The notes beneath the pieces were generated by a model, which ran no database searches, was not told the origin of the DNA, and worked only from the letters and a program-made list of their open reading frames with translations. From assembly GCA_032718475.1 (NCBI GenBank), contig JAUCBJ010004173.1, positions 1 through 53,587 of the forward strand: 53,587 nt of DNA, in the 5' to 3' direction. This document shows, one piece after another, positions 48,421 to 53,587 of this stretch (position 1 is its first letter; every line of letters starts with the position of its first letter). Position numbers and translations under genes: made by a program. The DNA is from Nemertoderma westbladi (lineage: Eukaryota; Animalia; Xenacoelomorpha).

Positions 48421-48664
48421 AATCTAGTCGAAGGTACCGGTCGATCGGTAACCAGTAGGCCTGACTGCCTGATCACCCGAACCGGTACTTACAGTACAGG
48501 TACAGCAGTATTATTCGATTTTGATAATTGTATACCGGTAGGCTGTTTAAGAGATTAGGGACTGTACACCCCTTGTTTCTTTTGGAGCTTACTTATTTCT
48601 GTCAGTTTTATTTATTTGTAGGCCAGTATTGAGCAGAAGGCGTGTAAGCCTGCTCAGATTGTAC

Positions 48665-49232
48665 AGATAATTTGTAGGCTTGACTGTTGTCTAACTGTTG
48701 TTAAGTCTGAACGGATTGCAGTGTGTGTAGAGCATCTGTCCGATGAAGTGCTAGTTAGGAAAGTAGGGGCTTCAAGTGCTGTGAGGTAAACCCCCTGTGA
48801 AAGAATAAGTCGTACTACTGGGTTAGAACGCATACTAACTAATCATTTCGGAGTCTGCATATACTGTAGTGTATTTGGGCTTGATAGTAGTCTGCCATCG
48901 TTTAGTCTGTACTTTGTTTGTGTAGTCTGTACGGGTAGCGTATAATTTTATTTAGATAATTTGTAGGCTGGATAGTTGTCTGGCTGTTGTTGGGTTTGAG
49001 GAAATTTCGGTGTGTGTAGAGCATCTGTCCGATAAAGTGCTAAGTTAGGAAAGTAGGGGCTTCAAGTGCTGTGAGGTAAACCCCCTGTGAAAGAATAAGT
49101 CGTACTACTGGGTTAGAACGCATACTAACTAATCATTTCGGAGTCTGCATATACCGTAGTTTGTTTAGGCTTGATAGTAGTCTGTCAGTATTTGGTCTGC
49201 ATTTTGTTTGAATAGTCTGTACGCATAGCGTA
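48665..49232 (+). repeat. ~290-bp tandem duplication (two units)
   Basis: 48665-48942 versus 48954-49232; central ~130 bp nearly identical, ends diverged. Confidence 0.9.
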
Positions 49233-50461
49233 ATATTTATTACTCAGAGTTTATGCGATTATTCGCAACATTCATATCCCCAAGTTTATTCCTACAGTAA
49301 TTGTGTTTGTTATACATACCGTTATAGTTAAACTAACCCCGGTACTACATCAGGGCTGCTCGGCGTAGGTAAAGACTGGAGATTTTGTGCTTTGGTCACT
49401 CCGGCAGATACCGTGGTTCTTTTGGCTGTTCAAGTATTTTTAACTACCGATTATTTGTTGTACAAGTACTTGTACCTAATTTAGGGTTTAGTGTACAGTA
49501 CTTTCCAAAGGTGATTAGTGTGTAGGCAGTATATTTGTGTTGTAAAGTGGTTAATAGGCACGTTGGTTCTGGTAGACCGCGGTAATTAACTTCTAGGTAG
49601 GGACACTCCGTGATACATAACGTAGTACCTATAGCGATACGGTTATAGGTCGTCAGGCGGTGGTATTTTCCTATCTGGACAACGCAGTATATTTACTACT
49701 ACTTATTATTTTCAAATACCGTAGTAACCTGTCCGTTGTAATAACCAGATATTCTAACCCTTTGTTAGGCTGGTTAGTAGACTTCTTGTAAAATTACCCT
49801 AAAAATTTGTATTTGTGTATTTGTAATTAAATTTTTGTGTTTCTTTAGAGATTGTAATCTCAACCCGAATTGTACGTAATTTGTAGTATTAAGTAACTTA
49901 GGTAAATTAGAATTATTTGTTTTAGTGTCCAACAAGTAGCACTCCACTGAGAGCGCACAGCTTCTGTGTAGTGACTCCCCCAGAAATAATAACATTTATT
50001 TCAAACATTGACAAAACCCATTAAACGGGTATATATATATTATAAATCAACTCAAACGATTTATAAATAGTAGGCCTGCCATATAACAATTAGGTCTCAA
50101 TATCAGTTGGACTACTGCTTAAATAACGGCAATAAAGTAAGTTAAAGTAACCAAGTAACCCTTAAAATTCAGAAATTCAATTATTTAAAATAATTGATAT
50201 ACCGGTATTTACAATAGGCTTATTATCTTTATTTTCATAAACTTAGGCTGAAATCATACCGGTGTTCTGTAATTAATTCTAGTTAATAATTATACTTATA
50301 TATACTATAAGTGTAAACTGCATACCGGTATCCACGATAGGCCTATTATATATTTATATATATTTGTGCTAAAATTACCTACCGGTATTCTGTGATAAAC
50401 TAGTCTGTAATAATACTTATATATACTATAAGCATACCAGTATACTAATATATTATATATC

Positions 50462-51095
50462 ACGCTACACTGAGTAGCAGTATCGGTAATTAATTACTAG
50501 TGTTCGCGCTTTTGAAGACCTTTAGCAGTTTAACCTGCCAAAATTTATATGTCTTTTAGTTAATTAAAACCACTTTAGCATACGACAATAATTTATGCTA
50601 ATACGCAAAACACTAGCCGAAGTCAGCCCATGCGCGATCATTCACCCGATGGATCTACACCCGGGAGACTGAATTCGGATGCTTGAATTGTATTATTACA
50701 GTGTAAGGTTGCAGTGTATACCTAATGTATTATTCGATAGATCGTTAATAATTAATCTCTGACAGATATTATTGGCTTTCGGGAAATATTAACAGTTCCT
50801 TTAGGACGTGGCGCTTTATCTATTTAAACAGAACTAGGACTTATACTAAACGCAACGATACTGCTTATGATTAAAGTATAAAGCGTATTCTTTAGGAAAT
50901 ACTTTGTTACCAATCACAATCATACACACTATTCTGCCGACCGTCAGTATATTTGATCACACATAAAGAGAGCAGCAATTGACTCACGTAGGGTCTGCTA
51001 AATAACATTGGATTCAATACACACCACATTAATATAAATCGCAATTGTTATGTATAGCCGGTCTCTCTAACCTGTAGTGTATCAAGAAAATTGGG
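50462..51095 (-). ncRNA. Putative conserved structured RNA core in LTR-like B
   Basis: Inverted homolog of 47803-48420. Confidence 0.4.
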
Positions 51096-51434
51096 AATTT
51101 GGGTGATTTATCCGTATTATCCAAATAGCAATATTTCCATCAACAAATAGGTACAATTAATAACTGACGGTAAAATAACAGTACAAACAATATGATTAAT
51201 GCAATTAAATTAAGTGAGTTAAGTGAGTTTCATTAGATTGATTAATTAGATGAGATTCGTTAAGTTAGGTAACAGTTTATACTTTCGATAATTCAAGCAG
51301 TTTACTAGAGTTCTTACCGAAAGGCCGGTGTTTCTGGCTTAGACAGCAATAACAACAAAGTATCAAGTAAAAACAGTAAGACTGAACACTCTCCTTATGA
51401 TCGACCGAAAAGCTACACGTCGACAGGAAAAATC

Positions 51435-51445
51435 GCTCTGATTGG
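51435..51445 (-). promoter_or_regulatory. CCAAT box in LTR-like B
   Basis: gctctgattgg = CCAATCAGAGC on the minus strand, at the position equivalent to copy A. Confidence 0.55.
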
Positions 51446-51840
51446 CTCAAGCCAAACAAAGAACCATGCATCCAATGGCTGTTTCCATGTCAGCAACCAG
51501 CTGTGAGATGTCGTAATATGAATCATCACGGCTAAGCTGTGAAAGGTAGTTGGTGCATTACAGGTTTTTTGCCTTACCATGTCCGCCAAAACACGTATAT
51601 AGCAGAATGATTTTTATGTCCGTTAAAACACCTGTAAAGGTACCTTGCGGGCGAGGGGAATATATATACAGTTAGAGAACCTTTTTTAGAGTATTCCAGC
51701 GCCTGGGGGGAACTGGCCAGCAAAGGCAAAAAGGTATCAGTTATCCCACAAAAGCTTTTACACCGCTCCCAGAAAATGGGATTTAAGTCTATAAAATATA
51801 CAAAATCACAGTTTCTAAAATACAAAAATACTCTAAACAG

Positions 51841-53499
51841 TTAGTCTTTCTTGCGCGGACGGCGTTTACGCAGTTTTTTGAAGCTAGCAAGAGTCCTTTT
51901 CTCTTTGGGGCGAGCCACTTTACTAGGAGGGCTATAACTCCTGGGTGAAGGGTGCAATATGATTGCATCAGAAGGTATGGGATTGCGATCGGTATATCCG
52001 CCGGTCGAAGTACCGGGTTGATTGACATCAACGTCAGGGGAGAGGGGTCTAACGGCTTTGAGAGCTCGTTTCAAGACAGCCGCTCTTACGGGTCCTTTAC
52101 GAGTGGTCTGAACGAGGGCCGTGGGTGGACCATAGGCAGTTAGAAACTTCCTTGGTTTAATGGTTCTTTCTAACTCGCGTTCGCGGGCTCGATACTCGTA
52201 AGGCCGTCGATATACTTCTTGTAACTCAGGGTGTGAGTTGACGAATAAGTCTCCATAGGCAGGGTCTTGACGGATAAAGTTTATTAAGTTGTAAGAATGG
52301 ATGTCACTCGGATTAATGCTCCTAAGAAATTTACGTACATATTTGGTTGAAATACATTCTCCAACGCGCTTCAATAGTTCATAACTTGATAGGCGCGATT
52401 TCTGCTCGACGGAGGCAAACAAATATGGATGGAACGCATAAACTCCTTCGTAGGCGCGTCCGGGATAATGGCGATGGCGTGAGTCACAATGTAAATCAGC
52501 GTTCGCTTCCCAAGCTCTGATATAACGTAGTACAATCATTTCATCTACGCTCTCTAAATCATGGTTAAAGGGACAATCAAAGCTGGCGTGTCCTTTTAAT
52601 TGACAATGATGGCATTGAGTCATAAATTGGGGGCAGACGGCAAAAATGTGCAAATTATTAAGCCGACAATATGCACAATAGATTTCCATCGACGGTTGCT
52701 CGTGGAAATAGGAACAAAGATCGTTGGTGTCCATAGACGTAATATGGTCTCTCGATGCGCACAGCCGACAACGTTGTCGAGAAACATAATTGGCATGGCG
52801 ATAATCATACGCAGTAAGACACTGTGGACCTTGATACCATTCCAATATATAGTCGCTATCGCTACTCCGAGCCGTGGGGGGCTGAATCTCTTCCGATTCT
52901 AAACATATGGGTTCGTCTTCCCCTTGTATAGTTGAGGTAGGTATGGCCGTCTCCTCAAGTGGACCTACCGTCTGAATTTCCACGACAGAATAACCGGTGG
53001 GGATCCGAGGTCTTTGGATAACCGAGGAGTGCAGGTTTATCACACAAATGTCTCGGAAAATAGCGAATCCAGCGCTATCCAACTTCTCCGCAGCTGAGTC
53101 TCTTAAGCTGAGCTTGGTCAAAGCGCGGTCTTTGAATTGGCTATCCACGTTGCGAAACGGGGTTAAAAACCGTCGGAAACATTCAAAGCGGATGAATTTA
53201 TTATGTTCATCTAACTTAGCGAGTTTGGTCCCAAGGATTAATGGATGGGCGCGTATAGTACGACTGCACACATCGGCTAGCCAACCGGAAAGTGCGGTGT
53301 TTTCGAAGATCGTGTAGATAGCTAAGGAGGGACGGAGTGGAACACTCATGAAGCTATACACGGCGCCAGGTGCGGTTAATGGTCCGTCAAAGTATAATCG
53401 AGAATAATGGTCTCCGTATACTTGTTGATAGTTGATGGGACTTCCGACCTTGAAATTCCACGTAGTCGTTGAAGTTGATACGCTTATCAGGTTCTTCAA
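51841..53499 (-). CDS. Uncharacterised triple zinc-knuckle protein with basic C-terminal tail, probably retroelement-encoded
   Basis: 552-codon open frame; CRLC-x4-H, CAYC-x5-H-x4-C and CHHC-x4-H-x4-C; ends KKLRKRRPRKKD. Start uncertain (TTG; first ATG is about codon 51). Confidence 0.7.
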   Translation of the reverse strand: MKNLISVSTSTTTWNFKVGSPINYQQVYGDHYSRLYFDGPLTAPGAVYSFMSVPLRPSLAIYTIFENTALSGWLADVCSRTIRAHPLILGTKLAKLDEHNKFIRFECFRRFLTPFRNVDSQFKDRALTKLSLRDSAAEKLDSAGFAIFRDICVINLHSSVIQRPRIPTGYSVVEIQTVGPLEETAIPTSTIQGEDEPICLESEEIQPPTARSSDSDYILEWYQGPQCLTAYDYRHANYVSRQRCRLCASRDHITSMDTNDLCSYFHEQPSMEIYCAYCRLNNLHIFAVCPQFMTQCHHCQLKGHASFDCPFNHDLESVDEMIVLRYIRAWEANADLHCDSRHRHYPGRAYEGVYAFHPYLFASVEQKSRLSSYELLKRVGECISTKYVRKFLRSINPSDIHSYNLINFIRQDPAYGDLFVNSHPELQEVYRRPYEYRARERELERTIKPRKFLTAYGPPTALVQTTRKGPVRAAVLKRALKAVRPLSPDVDVNQPGTSTGGYTDRNPIPSDAIILHPSPRSYSPPSKVARPKEKRTLASFKKLRKRRPRKKD

Positions 53500-53587
53500 C
53501 GTTTTCTCTGTCGAGTAGGTTGCGAATAGAGTTCTCGTGTTCTATTCTCGGTTTGTCATTACGCTTCCGCTGGGCATGATATTTAAA
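53387..53587 (-). CDS. Possible 3' end of an upstream ORF overlapping the zinc-knuckle ORF in another frame
   Basis: Frame is open from the window edge: FKYHAQRKRNDKPRIEHENSIRNLLDRENVEEPDKRINF...SIIL-stop. Confidence 0.35.
   Translation of the reverse strand, partial: FKYHAQRKRNDKPRIEHENSIRNLLDRENVEEPDKRINFNDYVEFQGRKSHQLSTSIRRPLFSIIL

Larger units (their letters stand above)
47222..49994 (+). mobile_element. Long LTR-like sequence A (up to ~2.8 kb; right end uncertain)
   Basis: Starts TGTAAAAGCTTTTG exactly where the Gypsy pol is cut. First ~1.2 kb is homologous to the reverse complement of 50462-51762. Candidate end ...ATAACA at 49994, where strand skew flips; alternative end CA at 48421. 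Confidence 0.6.
49995..51762 (-). mobile_element. Long LTR-like sequence B (3' LTR of the element running off the window end; distal end truncated or uncertain)
   Basis: On the minus strand, purine tract GGGAGCGG (51763-51770) is directly followed by TGTAAAAGCTTTTG, ~80 bp after the stop of the 552-aa ORF. Confidence 0.65.

Noticed and set aside
49331-49762. CTAACCC motifs as a telomerase RNA template
   Set aside because: Isolated 7-mers shorter than a full template and outside the conserved core.

Overview
AT-rich, repeat-dense animal (probably invertebrate) genomic DNA. A + strand neutral sphingomyelinase gene (SMPD3/nSMase2 family) spans most of the window. Its exons lie at 3808-3985, 37618-37834, 38539-38692 and 39753-39888, followed by two homologous phase-0 last exons (40675-40791 and 41590-41844). 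Its ~33.6 kb intron holds four single-ORF nested genes: LIX1/lowfat, a Ly6-like GPI-type protein, and two macroH2A-type histones that lack the macro domain. Mobile elements include an intact FLYWCH-MULE transposon, an RTE LINE with a 140-bp flanking duplication, an APE-RT LINE with an apparently perfect 735-bp flanking duplication, a Helitron-like element, nested MITEs and a decayed Gypsy pol. The right end holds two diverged, inverted, very long LTR-like sequences that share a conserved, apparently structured ~600-nt non-coding core, next to a triple zinc-knuckle ORF. All calls were made by eye; no database searches or folding were run.
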